From Nitrospirota bacterium (lineage in GTDB: Bacteria > Nitrospirota > UBA9217), in contig CAVUHW010000013.1 of the NCBI GenBank assembly GCA_963741205.1, forward strand, positions 96,001-160,000: a DNA stretch of 64,000 nucleotides, in the 5' to 3' direction. Below the pieces are notes generated by a model. That model searched no databases and was not told the DNA's origin. It saw only the letters and a program-made list of their open reading frames with translations. The position numbers were made by a program, and so were the translations under genes. Below are positions 35,042 to 49,449 of this stretch, piece after piece. How positions within the stretch are numbered: the first letter of the stretch is position 1; every line of letters begins with the position of its first letter.

Positions 35042-36742
35042 TTACCATTCCGTCCTGTTCTTCGGCACATACCACTCCCGGAAGTTGTAGAATATCCCGA
35101 GCGGCGCGACCTTGATGCCTTTGAACCGCTTGTGCACGATCGGCGTGGCGTCGGGCACATAGAGGAAAGCGTAGGGCTGCTCCTCGGCCAGGATCGCGTG
35201 GATGCGGTAGTAGATTTTTTTCCGTTTTTCTATGTTGAAGGTCCGGCGGCCCTCGACGAGCAGGCGGTCGACCACGGGGTTGCTGTAGCCGATGAAATTG
35301 TATTCGCCCTTCCTGGTCTTGCTCGAATGCCAGATATCGTAGAGGTCCGGGTCGCGGCTCATGCTCCAGCCCAGGATGATCGCGTCGAAGGACCGCTTGT
35401 CGATCTGTTCGAGGAAGGCCTGCCACTCCATGACCCTGATGTTCACGACGACGCCCACGGCTTTCAGGTTCTGCTGGATGATCTCCGCGGTGCGGATGCG
35501 CTCGTTGTTCCCCTGGTTCGTCATGATCGTGAACCTGAAAAGGCGGCCGTTCTTCTCCCGGATGCCGCCGGATTTTTCCTTCCAGCCCGCTTGCTCGAGC
35601 ATGCGGCGGGCACGCTCAGGGTCGTAGTTGTAGCTCTTCGCGTTGGGGTTGTAAGCCCAGGATACGGTGGAAAAGGGGCCTGTGCAGGGCCGTCCGATGC
35701 CGAGGAGAATGCCGTCGATAATGCCCTGACGGTCAATGGCATACGAGAGCGCCTGACGGACCCTCATGTCCTTGAAGAGGGGACTCCGCAGGTTATACCC
35801 CATGTAGGTAAAGGCGTTCGCGGGATAGCGGAACTTGCGGTAATTATCCTTGATGCGGGGCGTTTCGCTTTTCCTGAGGTACTGGAGGGGATTCAGCCCC
35901 ATCATGTCCACGCCGCCGGAGAGCAGTTCCTGGAACATGGTGGAACTGTCGGGGATGACCCGGTAGATGAACTGGTCGATGTTCGGCCTGCCTTCGAAGT
36001 ACTCGTCGTTCGCGTCGAGCACGATTTTCTGGCCGGAGATCCATTCCTTGAACCTGTACGGCCCCGTGCCGACGGGGTGCCGGTTGAAATCGGCGGTATT
36101 GATGTCCTTGCCTTCCAGGAGGTGCCTGGGGATGATTCCCATGGCCCAGCTTTCGAGGGCGGGGGAAAACGGCTCTTTGTATGTCACGCGGAAAACGTAT
36201 TTGCTCACGACTTCGGCCTTCTTGATGTCCATGTAGGAGCTGCTGTAGGGCGTGGCCACGTTGGGGTCGATGAGTTTCTTGTAGGTAAAGAGGCAGTCCT
36301 CGGCCGTGAATGCCACACCGTCATGCCACTTTACTCCCTTGCGGAGATAGAAGGTGACGGTCTTGCCTCCGTTTTCGACGGTCCACCGTTCGGCCAGATC
36401 GCCGATGAGCTTGATGTCCTTGTCGTACTTCACGAGCCCATTGAATACTTGGTCGTTGATCTCACCCGATGAGGCGTCGTTCGCGATGACCGGATTCAGC
36501 CGTCTGGCGTCCCCGATGGAACTCTCGACGAAGGTATTCGGGTTCCGCTCGACCTTCCGACCGCAGGCGGAGAGAAGGACAGAGGAGAAACGAGAACAAA
36601 GAACATAGAGCGGATAACTCGCAGAAGACGCAGAGGAAAGCGAGATTCCTGCTCTTAAGACGAAATCATGAATCCCTCTGCGTTCTCCGCGACCTCGGCG
36701 GTAAAAGTCTATTTCCTTACGGTGCTTTGTATACGTCATCAT
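35042..36742 (-). CDS. Peptide ABC transporter substrate-binding lipoprotein (family 5); start uncertain
   Basis: LLSAC lipobox, GDLAERW, LRKGVKWHDG, PVGTGPYRF, VRQALSYAIDR. Confidence 0.92.
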   Translation of the reverse strand: MMTYTKHRKEIDFYRRGRGERRGIHDFVLRAGISLSSASSASYPLYVLCSRFSSVLLSACGRKVERNPNTFVESSIGDARRLNPVIANDASSGEINDQVFNGLVKYDKDIKLIGDLAERWTVENGGKTVTFYLRKGVKWHDGVAFTAEDCLFTYKKLIDPNVATPYSSSYMDIKKAEVVSKYVFRVTYKEPFSPALESWAMGIIPRHLLEGKDINTADFNRHPVGTGPYRFKEWISGQKIVLDANDEYFEGRPNIDQFIYRVIPDSSTMFQELLSGGVDMMGLNPLQYLRKSETPRIKDNYRKFRYPANAFTYMGYNLRSPLFKDMRVRQALSYAIDRQGIIDGILLGIGRPCTGPFSTVSWAYNPNAKSYNYDPERARRMLEQAGWKEKSGGIREKNGRLFRFTIMTNQGNNERIRTAEIIQQNLKAVGVVVNIRVMEWQAFLEQIDKRSFDAIILGWSMSRDPDLYDIWHSSKTRKGEYNFIGYSNPVVDRLLVEGRRTFNIEKRKKIYYRIHAILAEEQPYAFLYVPDATPIVHKRFKGIKVAPLGIFYNFREWYVPKNRTEW

Positions 36743-36809
36743 GAAAAAACAAAAGGGTAGGCAAAGCCTACCCGTGCATGCAGCGTTACATCAAACATTC
36801 ATCAGCAAC

Positions 36810-37142
36810 CTATTTTGCCGGCGCCGGGACCGGCGCTGATTGAGAGGGCGGGGCCATCGGAACAGCCGGGGCCGTCTGGGTCTGCGGCGGCGTCATGTCC
36901 TGCATGACCGAGCTCTTTTTCGCCGTCGTCAGCGCAAGGCCGAGCGACGTGAACATGAAAACGATCGCCGCGCCGGTTGTCAGCTTTGCCATGAAGCTTG
37001 CCGCCCCCCGGGGGCCGAAAACGGTTTGCGATGCTCCGCCAAAGGCAGCGCCGATGTCCGCACCCTTGCCTTTTTGCAACAGAACCATCCCGATCAGGAT
37101 GGCCGAGACGATGACATGAAGTGATACCAGAAAAATGCGCAT
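36810..37142 (-). CDS. secG: Preprotein translocase SecG
   Basis: VLLQKGKGADIGAAFGG, FMAKLT; follows tpiA. Confidence 0.95.
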   Translation of the reverse strand: MRIFLVSLHVIVSAILIGMVLLQKGKGADIGAAFGGASQTVFGPRGAASFMAKLTTGAAIVFMFTSLGLALTTAKKSSVMQDMTPPQTQTAPAVPMAPPSQSAPVPAPAK

Positions 37143-37235
37143 TGTTACCTCCGTGAAGATATATTCTTACCGCAGAGTACACCGAGAAAAATTCAGTATT
37201 TAAATCTACTGCGCTCTCTGCGGTGAAAAATCATT

Positions 37236-37997
37236 TTATTTGAAGTTAACCAGCGCCGCGAACGATTCCGGTTTCAGGCTCGCCCCGCCTACGAGGGCGC
37301 CGTCGATGTCGGGCTTGGCCATGAGCGCGGACACGTTATCCGGCGTTACGCTCCCGCCGTATTGGATGCGAAGGCCTTCCGCGATCTCCGCGTTGTACAG
37401 GTCCTTCACCTTCTGCCGGATCAGGGCATGGACTTCCTCGGCCTGTTCGGGGGTCGCCGTCTTGCCCGTGCCGATGGCCCAGACCGGTTCGTAGGCGATG
37501 ACCGCTTTTTTCATGTCCTCGGCGCTGATGTCTTTCAGCCCGCCGGTCACCTGCCTGCTGATGATGTCGTTCAGCTTGCCGGCCTCGCGCTCCGCCAAGG
37601 TCTCGCCGATGCACATGATCGGGAGCAATCCCTTCTTAAGCGCCTGCTTCACTTTCCTGTTCACGCCCTCGTCAGTCTCTCCGAAGTACTGCCTGCGTTC
37701 GCTGTGGCCAATAATAACATATTTACAGCCCAAATCCAATAGCATTTCCGCGGAAATCTCTCCGGTAAAGGCGCCTTTGTCTTCCCAATGGAGGTTCTGG
37801 GCCGCAAGGCTCATGTTCGTTCCCTTGATGGCCCCGGCCACGGTCTGGAGGGCCGTAAAGGTGGGCGCGAGCACGATCTCCCGGTCGTGAACGCCTGAGA
37901 CAAGCGGCGCAAGCTTGGTCGCAAGGTCCCGTGCCTCGGCTGTTGTCTTGTTCATCTTCCAGTTGCCTGCAATGATCGGTTTACGTTTAGGATTCAT
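37236..37997 (-). CDS. tpiA: Triosephosphate isomerase
   Basis: AGNWKMN, GHSERR, AYEPVWAIGTG, YGGSV. Confidence 0.99.
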   Translation of the reverse strand: MNPKRKPIIAGNWKMNKTTAEARDLATKLAPLVSGVHDREIVLAPTFTALQTVAGAIKGTNMSLAAQNLHWEDKGAFTGEISAEMLLDLGCKYVIIGHSERRQYFGETDEGVNRKVKQALKKGLLPIMCIGETLAEREAGKLNDIISRQVTGGLKDISAEDMKKAVIAYEPVWAIGTGKTATPEQAEEVHALIRQKVKDLYNAEIAEGLRIQYGGSVTPDNVSALMAKPDIDGALVGGASLKPESFAALVNFK

Positions 37998-38024
37998 AAG
38001 AATGACCTCTTTTCAATTTCATCG

Positions 38025-38106
38025 GTAATACCTGCGAGGAAGCAGGTATCCATATGGCTTCTATCAAATAAACTTCAAAATGGATTCCGGCTTTCGCGGA
38101 AATGAC
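38025..38106. repeat. Degenerate REP-like inverted doublet
   Basis: GTAATACCTGC..GCAGGTATCCA and TGGATTCCGGCTTTCGCGGAAATGAC. Confidence 0.65.
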
Positions 38107-38134
38107 AAAAGATTAGCCGTAGGGTTTTTATCCT

Positions 38135-39328
38135 TTAATCCTTATCGTCTGTCAGGGCCGCAAGGCCCGGCAGTTCCTTGCCTTCGAGAAGTTCGAGCGA
38201 TGCGCCGCCGCCCGTCGAGATGAAAGTGATGCTGTCTGAAACGCCTGCCTTGTGCACGGCAACGTCGGTGTCGCCGCCGCCCACGATAGTGGTCGCGTAT
38301 GCATCGGCCACTGCCCGGGCTATCGCAAAGGTGCCCCGGGAGTAGGCGTCCTTTTCGAACATGCCCATGGGCCCGTTCCAGATAATGGTTTTCGCGTCCT
38401 GTATCGCCTCGGTGAAGAGCCGGACGGTTGCAGGCCCGATGTCCAGGCCCACCCACCCCTTGGGTATCTCCTGAGACGTGACGATTTTTGTCTCGGCCCC
38501 GTCATTCATGTTCTCGGCGACCACGAAGTCCACTGGAAGATAGAATTTGACGCCCTTCTCGCGTGCATTATTTCTAATGCTCATGGCGGTATTGAGCATG
38601 TCATGCTCAACGAGGGAGTTGCCTACTTCATCGCCCCAGGCTTTGTTGAAGGTAAAGGCCATGGCGCCGCCCACGATCACCTTGTCTACCTTGTCTTTCA
38701 GGTTCTCGATCACCCCGATCTTGCCCGAGACCTTGGCGCCGCCGAGGATCGCCACAAAAGGCCGCACGGGATTTGCGACGGCCTTCTGGAGGTATTCGAT
38801 TTCCTTTTTCATGAGGAAACCCGCGACGGACTGATTCACGTACCGGGTGATGCCGAAGGTGGAAGCATGGGCGCGGTGCGCCGTACCGAAGGCATCGTTT
38901 ACGAAGATATCGGCGAAGGCCGCGAGGGCCTTGGAGAAACCCTCGTCGTTTTTTTCCTCTTCCGCATGGAACCTGAGGTTCTCCAGGAGCAGCACATCGC
39001 CGGGACGCATTCCCGCGACCAGATGCTCCACGTCAGGGCCTATGCAGTCCTTGGCGAACTTGACCTCTTTGTTGAGGAGACGGTTCAGCCGCAGGGCTAC
39101 CGGAGCTAAACTGTACTTCGGAGAGGGCTTGCCCTTAGGCCGGCCCAGGTGAGACGCGAGGATGACCTTGGCGCCGGCATCGAGCGCATAGTTGATCGTC
39201 GGGAGCGTGGAGCGGATCCTTCCGTCGTCGGTGATGTTGCCGTTCTCGTCGAGCGGCACGTTGAAATCCGCGCGGATAAAGACCCGCTTGCCCTTCAGGT
39301 CGACTTTTTCGATGGTCTTTTTATCCAT
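38135..39328 (-). CDS. pgk: Phosphoglycerate kinase
   Basis: [35 protein letters not shown]. Confidence 0.99.
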   Translation of the reverse strand: MDKKTIEKVDLKGKRVFIRADFNVPLDENGNITDDGRIRSTLPTINYALDAGAKVILASHLGRPKGKPSPKYSLAPVALRLNRLLNKEVKFAKDCIGPDVEHLVAGMRPGDVLLLENLRFHAEEEKNDEGFSKALAAFADIFVNDAFGTAHRAHASTFGITRYVNQSVAGFLMKKEIEYLQKAVANPVRPFVAILGGAKVSGKIGVIENLKDKVDKVIVGGAMAFTFNKAWGDEVGNSLVEHDMLNTAMSIRNNAREKGVKFYLPVDFVVAENMNDGAETKIVTSQEIPKGWVGLDIGPATVRLFTEAIQDAKTIIWNGPMGMFEKDAYSRGTFAIARAVADAYATTIVGGGDTDVAVHKAGVSDSITFISTGGGASLELLEGKELPGLAALTDDKD

Positions 39329-39439
39329 TATGTCTCCTACAACCACAGGCGACTTCGTCGCACACGGTTTAAGAAAAACGCTTTCTGTTCTTTTATCCGT
39401 GTTTATCGGTGTGTTCTGCGGAGCAGAACCCGTGGTTGC

Positions 39440-40474
<1,035 letters not shown>

Positions 40475-40557
40475 TCAAGTAGCAGAGTGCAAAGTTCAGA
40501 AGTAGGTAACGGTCATGAGTCTTCCGGTACCTTTGCACTCTGACCTTTGCACCTGTA

Positions 40558-41884
40558 TTAATCGATCTTATGCATCACCAGCCCGGTCAGGAGCTTGGGG
40601 TAGAAGTACGTCGCCTTCTGCGGCATGCGCTCGCCCGCGGCCGCCACTTCCTTCACCTCCTGCACCTTCGTCGGGTTCATGAAGAAGACGATATCGGCGG
40701 CGCCGTCATGGACCCGCTTGTCCGCCTCCTCCGCCTCCTTGATATATTCGATGTTGAGGCCGAGCTTGTGGGTCTCCATCTTGACGCCCAGGAGCCGGTC
40801 GATGATCAGATGGTGCAGGATCGAAACATCCAGCCTCCGGTACGCCGGCGATTTGTCCGGGAGCAGCGCGTCCATGTCCGCCTCGTTCCGAAGCGTCAGG
40901 AGATAATAGCTGTGCTCGCCCCTGACCCGCATTCCGAAGACATGGGCATGGTCCGCCCGGTGCGCCAAGGTGTCCAGGATCGTGCGCCGGTCCTTGGTCT
41001 CCGACTTTTTATCGAAATCGATGCGCTCGATGTTGAAATAGCGGTTCAGATCGTCCTCGAAGCGCCGCGGATCGAAGTCCGCGAGGTTGAAGAGCGCGCG
41101 GTGCGCCGGGAGGATCGTGAGCCCCGGGTCCTCGATCCGGGCCAGGAACATGGCCGTGTAATTGTAGCCTTCCTCTCCGGTGAACGAGCCTGCGGCCTTG
41201 CGCCGCTCGTTGCGGTAATTGAGCGCCGTATCATAGCGGTGATGGCCGTCGGCGATAAAAATGGGTTGGTCCGTCATTGCGCGGGCCACCGTCTCGATGT
41301 CATCCTTGTCGGTCAGGGACCAGATACGGTGATGGACTCCGTCGCTGTTTCTCACTTCCATCTCGGGCTTGCCCGCGGTCTTGCCGAGGACGGCGGAGAC
41401 CGTTCCCTGCGGGTCCGAAAAGAGCGAAAAGATCTGGCTGAAGCTCGCCCTGCAGGCGCGCAGGAGATTGAGCCGGTCGGTCTTGGGACCCGAGAGCGTG
41501 GTCTCGTGGGGCTTGACGATCCCCGAGTCGTAGTCCTCGATCCTGACGAGACAGACAAAACCGCGGAGCCTTTTTTTCGACTCGCCGGTCTTGTACTCCA
41601 TTTCGTAAATATAGAAGGCCGGGTCCTGCCCCTGGCGCAGGATGTCTTTTTCGAACCACTCGTCCAGAAGGGCGGCCAGCGCGGGTATAGCGGTTGTCTT
41701 CCTCCGTATCGCCGGGACTCTCGAGGCCGTACTCAAGCCGAACTACATTATACGGGCTTCTCCGGTATAGTTCCTGCTGGGTCTCGTGCGAAATGATATC
41801 GTACGGCGGACAGACAAGATCGGCGATAGTGCCCGCTTTTGCCTGGTTGTACGCCATACCCCGGAAGGGGATGATTTTCGCCAT
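40558..41884 (-). CDS. DUF1015 family protein (frameshift near 41680)
   Basis: IPFRG..Y, PPYDII, PHETT, IADGHHRY, MPQKATYFYPKL. Confidence 0.9.
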
Positions 41885-41939
41885 TGATTGCGTCCTTGCC
41901 GCCCGATTGAGGCCGGGAAAGGCCTCCCAAAAGACTTCT

Positions 41940-41969
41940 TTTATAGCACAGCCTTCATTTTATTGTCAA
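41940..41969 (-). promoter_or_regulatory. Putative sigma70 promoter for the DUF1015-gap operon
   Basis: TTGACA-18nt-TATAAA on minus strand. Confidence 0.5.
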
Positions 41970-42025
41970 TATATTATATTTTGGTGCCAGGTACTCTATC
42001 GGGACTATCGGACGCGGGTTTGATG

Positions 42026-42622
42026 TTATAAATTCGATTGATACCGCTTCAGAATCATCGCATAGTCTTTTCGCGTATCCATGTCGAGGAGCACTCCTTC
42101 ATCCCTGACCGGTGCGAGCCGCACCCGGTCGGGGTCCTTCTTGACGATATCGCGGAGGGTGGCGCCGGAAAAAATATCATCGAGAGCGCTTCTCGGGAAG
42201 AGACTCGGATGGCCCCGTTTCCCCTCATATTCCGGGATGATGATGGCGTCGGGAAACGCCCGGTGCTCGCGAAGGATGAGCCTGACTGTTTCCGGCGACA
42301 CAAGCGGCTGGTCGGATAAACAGACGAGGACGGGAGAGGTATAGTGGCGAAGCTGTTTTAACCCGGTCCTGACCGATTCCGCCATATCGCTGTAAGGCGT
42401 TTCATTCACGGCGATTGACACGGGAAGTCCGCGCAGGTGCGGCGCAAGTTTATTCCCGCATGCGCCGACGACGACCAGGATTTCGTTCACCCCCCCATCG
42501 ACAAGCGAGTCGATGCAGTGCCTGATGACCGTCTTGTCACCGAGCTTGAGAAGCTGCTTGGTCTGCCCCATCCTGCTGGACGATCCCGCCGCAAGCAGCA
42601 GGGCCGAGACGGGCTGCTCCAT
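42026..42622 (-). CDS. mocA: Molybdenum cofactor cytidylyltransferase (MocA-like nucleotidyltransferase)
   Basis: LLAAGSSSRMG..KQLL, LSDQP, GHPSLF, DMDT. Confidence 0.85.
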   Translation of the reverse strand: MEQPVSALLLAAGSSSRMGQTKQLLKLGDKTVIRHCIDSLVDGGVNEILVVVGACGNKLAPHLRGLPVSIAVNETPYSDMAESVRTGLKQLRHYTSPVLVCLSDQPLVSPETVRLILREHRAFPDAIIIPEYEGKRGHPSLFPRSALDDIFSGATLRDIVKKDPDRVRLAPVRDEGVLLDMDTRKDYAMILKRYQSNL

Positions 42623-43379
42623 GCTGTCTCCTTTTTTCGATGATCTGCGCCATGATGCTCACGGCTATCTCCTCCGGCGTCACCGAGCCGATGGGGGCCC
42701 CCACGGGGATGATGACCCTTTCGATGTCCTGCCGGGAAAACCCGCTGTCGGCCAGAGCACCATACAACAGGCCTTTCTTGCGCCTGCTCCCGAGCAGGCC
42801 GAGGTACTGCGAGTCGGTCCTGAGCGCGGCCTTCACCGCGTCCAGGTCGTGATTATGCCCCCGCGTCGCCACGACGATGAAGGTCTTTTTGTCGACCGGC
42901 ACCTGCTCAAAGGCGCGATCGAATGCATTCACCACAATATCGTTTGCATCGGGGATATTCTCCCGGTTCGCGAATTCCGCACGGTCGTCCACCACGGTAA
43001 CCCGGAACCCGGAAAACCTTGCGAGCTTGGAGAGGGTCTTTCCCACGTGGCCGGCCCCGAGGATCACGAGGTGGGGCTCGAGCATGACCGGTTCAATGTA
43101 AACGAGCACCGCTCCGCCGCAAACGAGCCCGCCCTCGCGCTCCGTAAGCTCGAAGGGCAGGGTCATGGGGTTGCCGTCCTTCATGGCCATGAGCGCCGCC
43201 TGCACAACGTCCGCCTCAAGACAGCCGCCGCCCAGGGTCCCCAGGAGGGAGCCGTCGTCCCTGACGAGCATCTTAGCGCCCTGCTTCTGGGGCGCCGAGC
43301 CGCGGCACTCGACGATGGTGGCGATGGCGGAGATCCTGCCCAGGCGCTTGAGCCGGATCACTTCTTCGTAGATATGCAT
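42537..43379 (-). CDS. XdhC family molybdoenzyme maturation factor
   Basis: GSAPQKQGAKM, GTLGGGCLE, CGG, GAGHV, YLGLLGSRRK, TPEEIAVSI. Confidence 0.93.
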   Translation of the reverse strand: MHIYEEVIRLKRLGRISAIATIVECRGSAPQKQGAKMLVRDDGSLLGTLGGGCLEADVVQAALMAMKDGNPMTLPFELTEREGGLVCGGAVLVYIEPVMLEPHLVILGAGHVGKTLSKLARFSGFRVTVVDDRAEFANRENIPDANDIVVNAFDRAFEQVPVDKKTFIVVATRGHNHDLDAVKAALRTDSQYLGLLGSRRKKGLLYGALADSGFSRQDIERVIIPVGAPIGSVTPEEIAVSIMAQIIEKRRQHGAARLGPAACGGIVQQDGADQAASQAR

Positions 43380-43506
43380 GAACACCTCGAAAAATACAAA
43401 ATATGTTGGACGCAGATTTGCGCAGAAGGAGCGGATTTAACTTCGCAGGAATGACGGTAAAAGCCTTAATCCGCATTTTCCGCGTTCATCTGCGTCCTGA
43501 AAATTG

Positions 43507-45668
<2,162 letters not shown>

Positions 45669-45672
<4 letters not shown>

Positions 45673-46121
45673 TTTTTACCTCCTGCCGAGGCGAGGCGTA
45701 TGGCGCTCTTGATCTTCGGATAAGTGCCGCAGCGGCAGAGGTTGCCGTTCATGTGCTCGACGATCTTTTCCTCCGAGGGGTGGGGATTCTCGGAAAGGAG
45801 CGCCGCGGCCTGCATGATCTGGCCGGGCTGGCAGTAACCGCACTGGGGGACCTGCTCCTTGATCCACGCCTGCTTGACGGGATGGTTTTCCGGGAGCCCT
45901 TCGATGGTCGTGATCTTCTTCCCTTGCGCGCTTCCCGCGGGCGTCTGGCAGGAACGCTCCGCCTTGCCGTCGATGTGCACCGTGCAGGAGCCGCACATGC
46001 CGATGCCGCAGCCGAACTTGGTGCCGGTAAGCTTGAGCCGCTCCCTGATGACCCACAACAGCGGCACATCCGGCGCAACATCCACCTGGTACGCTTTGCC
46101 GTTGATATCGAGACTGATCAT
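45669..46121 (-). CDS. (2Fe-2S)-binding subunit (IorA-like)
   Basis: [30 protein letters not shown]. Confidence 0.95.
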
Positions 46122-46427
46122 ACAAACACCTCCTGTTCACGATGGGACTGTAGTTTGAATGCCTTCATACTTATTAATTGTGGGGGAAGAAAAAGCGGCG
46201 CGCGAGGTTCGGCCGCATGATGAAAGCTTATCATTGATGGGGATATTGTCAAGGATAGGAAGCGAGAGACTTATACGGACTAAAGTATCAGTAATGAAGC
46301 TTTCATGCGAAGCCCATTCGTTTGTAGCCGCAGGCTTATCGAGCCTGCGTGTATAGCCTTATTAACAGAGGATGCGGCGCAGAACTGAAGGGTTTGACGG
46401 CTAACAAGCATGGCCCGACGTTGGATC

Positions 46428-47459
46428 CTAAAAATCATTAATCGCATCGATCAGGCTTTTCAGCCTGCCGAAGTCATGTCGGTTGAAGTCGACCTGGAGA
46501 CGCGGCATGTCGACGACATCGTTGTCTTCGGCTTCAACGGGAAGGGGGCCGGACGGTACGATCTCACCTTGAGGGACAAGGATGTCGCGAAAGCCTCTGT
46601 CAGCTTCGAGATGTTCGCCGCGCTGAGCTGCGACGTGAGCCGGAACACGAGCTTGCCGTCCACATAGCGCATGCTGTGGTAGCGGCTGTAAAAGCGGTTG
46701 ATCCTCGCGACCGCGGCCTCCACGGAATCGAAGCGCTCGAAGAGTGCAAGGTCGGTCTTGCTGATCAGGTTGCGCGTCAGGAGCTCCTCTTCGACGAACT
46801 TGATGAGCTCGGTCCAGTACGAGCAGACGGGGTCGTCCACGAGCACGAGCGGAAGGGGATTTCGCTTGCCGGTCTGGACCAGCGTGAGCGTCTCCATGGC
46901 CTCATCGAGCGTGCCGAAGCCCGCCGGGAAAGAGCGCCACGGCATCGGCCTCCTTCAGGAAGGCCACTTTGCGGTTGAAGAAATACTTGTACGTGATGAG
47001 CCGCGGGTTGCCCTCGAGCACGGGATTGGCCTTCTGCTCAAAGGGCAGCCGGATGTTGACGCCGAAGGAATGTTCGGGTCCGGCGCCTTCGTTGGCGGCC
47101 TGCATGATCCCGCCTCCTCCGCCGGTAATGACCATGTAACCCGCCTCGGCGAGTTTCCGCCCGAACATCTGCGCCATCCCGTATATCGGTTCGTCGGGCT
47201 GCGTCCTCGCCGAGCCGAAGACCGTGACCTTGCGCTTGTCGCGGTAGGGGCCGAACACCTTGGAGGTGAACCGCATCTCCTTGAGCGTCGTGTTCATGAG
47301 CTTGAGGTCCGCGCTCTCGTCGTCTTCCTGTCCCGCCTTGAGCGCCGCGAGGATCATTTCGCGCACGTATTCGGGCCGGCGGATGCCTTCCGCGGTCTGC
47401 ATCAATCTATCGATGGCCTCGTCAATGGGGCCGTTCGTTTTGGTGAAGTGAAGTTTCAT
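46428..47459 (-). CDS. LOG family protein (frameshifted)
   Basis: TVFGSAR, ITGGGGGIM.AAN, YFFNRK, PGGFGTLDE. Confidence 0.9.
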
Positions 47460-47618
47460 GGTTTGCTGTTCGCTCCTTCGAAAGAGGGGATGCTGCAAGA
47501 AGAAATAATAAGACTTTCCGCGCCGTTTGTCGAGGGGAAAGAGGCCGGAATCTCCATGCGGTATGATTCTGCTATACTGATATACTGAATGATACCAATT
47601 GCGAAGGAGGAATCCGTC

Positions 47619-48009
47619 ATGAAATACATCGTTGTCCTCGGCAGGTTATTGTACGTAGCGATATTTATCATGGCAGCGCCCGGGCATTTCACGTCAGGCA
47701 CCATCGCCTACTCGGCGAGCAAGGGCGTGCCCATGGCATCGATCACTCGTTCCCCTGTCCGGAGTGATCGCGCTCCTCGGGGGCCTCAGCATCCTGCTGG
47801 GCTACCAGGCGAAGCTCGGCGGCTGGATGCTCGTGCTCTTCCTGGTTCCGGTTACGCTGATCATGCACAACTTCTGGACCGACATCGATCCCATGCAGGC
47901 AGGCATGCAGCAGATCATGTTCATGAAGAACGTCTCCATGCTGGGGGCCGCCCTTCTGATCGCCCACTTCGGGTCGGGGCCTCTGAGCCTGGACAACAGA
48001 AACAAGTAA
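47619..48009 (+). CDS. DoxX family membrane protein (frameshifted)
   Basis: LGRLL...GGLSILLG...HNFW...FMKNVSMLG. Confidence 0.88.
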
Positions 48010-48036
48010 TAGCCGCTTACTTTGCATATCCCAATC

Positions 48037-48120
48037 CGTCATTCCCGCAGTGGTTCTGAGCGGGAATCCATTTTATATCACATCACAATGGATCCCCGAT
48101 GCAAACATCGGCGGATGACA
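48037..48120. repeat. REP-like inverted doublet
   Basis: CGTCATTCCCGC...GCGGGAATCCA and TGGATCCCCGATG...CATCGGCGGATGACA. Confidence 0.78.
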
Positions 48121-48187
48121 ATTTGTTTGCGCGTTCTGCAGGTTTGAGGCAATGCCTCGCTAATATATATTTGACGGGAGGTTCACC

Positions 48188-48583
48188 ATGAAGCGAATAC
48201 TATTCCTGCTGACGGCTCTTTTTCTTATCGTTATAAGCCCGATGATTTCACGTGCCGCTGAAATGGCTCAACAGTCAAAAGCGGCTGACCCGGCGCAGCA
48301 GAAGGAAGAGTACGAGAAGAGCATGGAAGAGCGGCTGAGAATTCTCGGTAAACAGCTCGACGAGCTGAAGGTGAAGGCCGCTGCAAGGACGGAAGAGGCG
48401 CGAAAAGATCTGAACCAGTACATGAAAGACGCCGATAAAAAGCAGGAGGCCGCGTCCAGGAAACTCGAGGAGACGAGAAAGGCGTCAGTCAAAAAGTGGA
48501 AGAAATTTGTCTCCGATATGGACAATGCCGCCGATGAGTTCGAAACGGCCTATAAAAGGGCCGAGCAGCACTTCAAGGAGTAG
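48188..48583 (+). CDS. Secreted coiled-coil hypothetical protein
   Basis: Signal peptide then K/E-rich helix; SD GGGAGG. Confidence 0.75.
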   Translation: MKRILFLLTALFLIVISPMISRAAEMAQQSKAADPAQQKEEYEKSMEERLRILGKQLDELKVKAAARTEEARKDLNQYMKDADKKQEAASRKLEETRKASVKKWKKFVSDMDNAADEFETAYKRAEQHFKE

Positions 48584-48603
48584 CCGTACCGCAGCCTCGC
48601 TCT

Positions 48604-49293
48604 TCATGCTTTCCGCCGTTCCCACGCAACCGCCCTCTCATAATCTTTGAAGAGCCTTTCTCTTTTTCTGAATTCCCTCGAATGGACGCTCCTTCTTTTT
48701 CCCTGGAGGAGCAAGCCTATGGCGGCATGGAGCATTTCGTGGTAGACGACGAAGGCGACATAATACCGGGGGACCGTCTTCCTGTCGAGCACCGGGTTGA
48801 TCCTGATCGTGTTCGACCGTTCGCTGTAGCTCCCGAGGGTCCTCTTCCTGACGGCCCAGCGCGGACTCTTCGCGCCCCAGGTGATGGCCGCGTTAATCAT
48901 GCCGCCGAAATATTCCTCGTTGATTTCCCGGTACAGTTCGCGAAGGTCAAAGAATTTACCCGAGGGTCTTTTCTGATATCCTGTTCGGCGGCCTTTTGCG
49001 GAGCTGCTCCCCGTGATCGCGAACGAACCTCTGGAAATGGGTCATCTTGCTTTTTCTGTTTTTCAGAAACGAGATGATTTCGTCGATCACCTGACGTCCG
49101 AGTTGAGAAATATCCGGTGCAGGCGCACGTGCAAAACGCCGTCCCGCACCCGCGCCGAGAGCATGCTCGTCGAATTATCGGTGAGGACGAGGGAAACAGG
49201 CCTTCCGAGGTGTACTTCGAGATGACGGCCGAGAGAGGTCTCCGTATGGCCGAAGAGTAAATTTAGTTGGAAGTCCGTTGTAATAGGCGACAT
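48604..49293 (-). CDS. SprT/M48-like zinc metallopeptidase domain protein (frameshifted)
   Basis: TLGSY, IRINPVLD, VVYHEMLH (HExxH). Confidence 0.75.
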
Positions 49294-49449
49294 GGATTTT
49301 GAAGGATGCCCTTGGGAAAGTGTATTGAAATTCGCCAGATACGTCAAGTCATTTTATTATTGACCGAACATAAAACCGCATGATACTCTCTTATTAACGG
49401 CATCAGCCTCGCCGATTACATGATGGACCATAAAACAAGGAGGAAGACT

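Noticed and set aside
42537-42622. 86-nt overlap of xdhC with mocA, or an XdhC-MocA fusion
   Set aside because: mocA has its own SD (AAGGAGA) and ATG; the overlap is either a benign tail or an indel in the nearby homopolymer.
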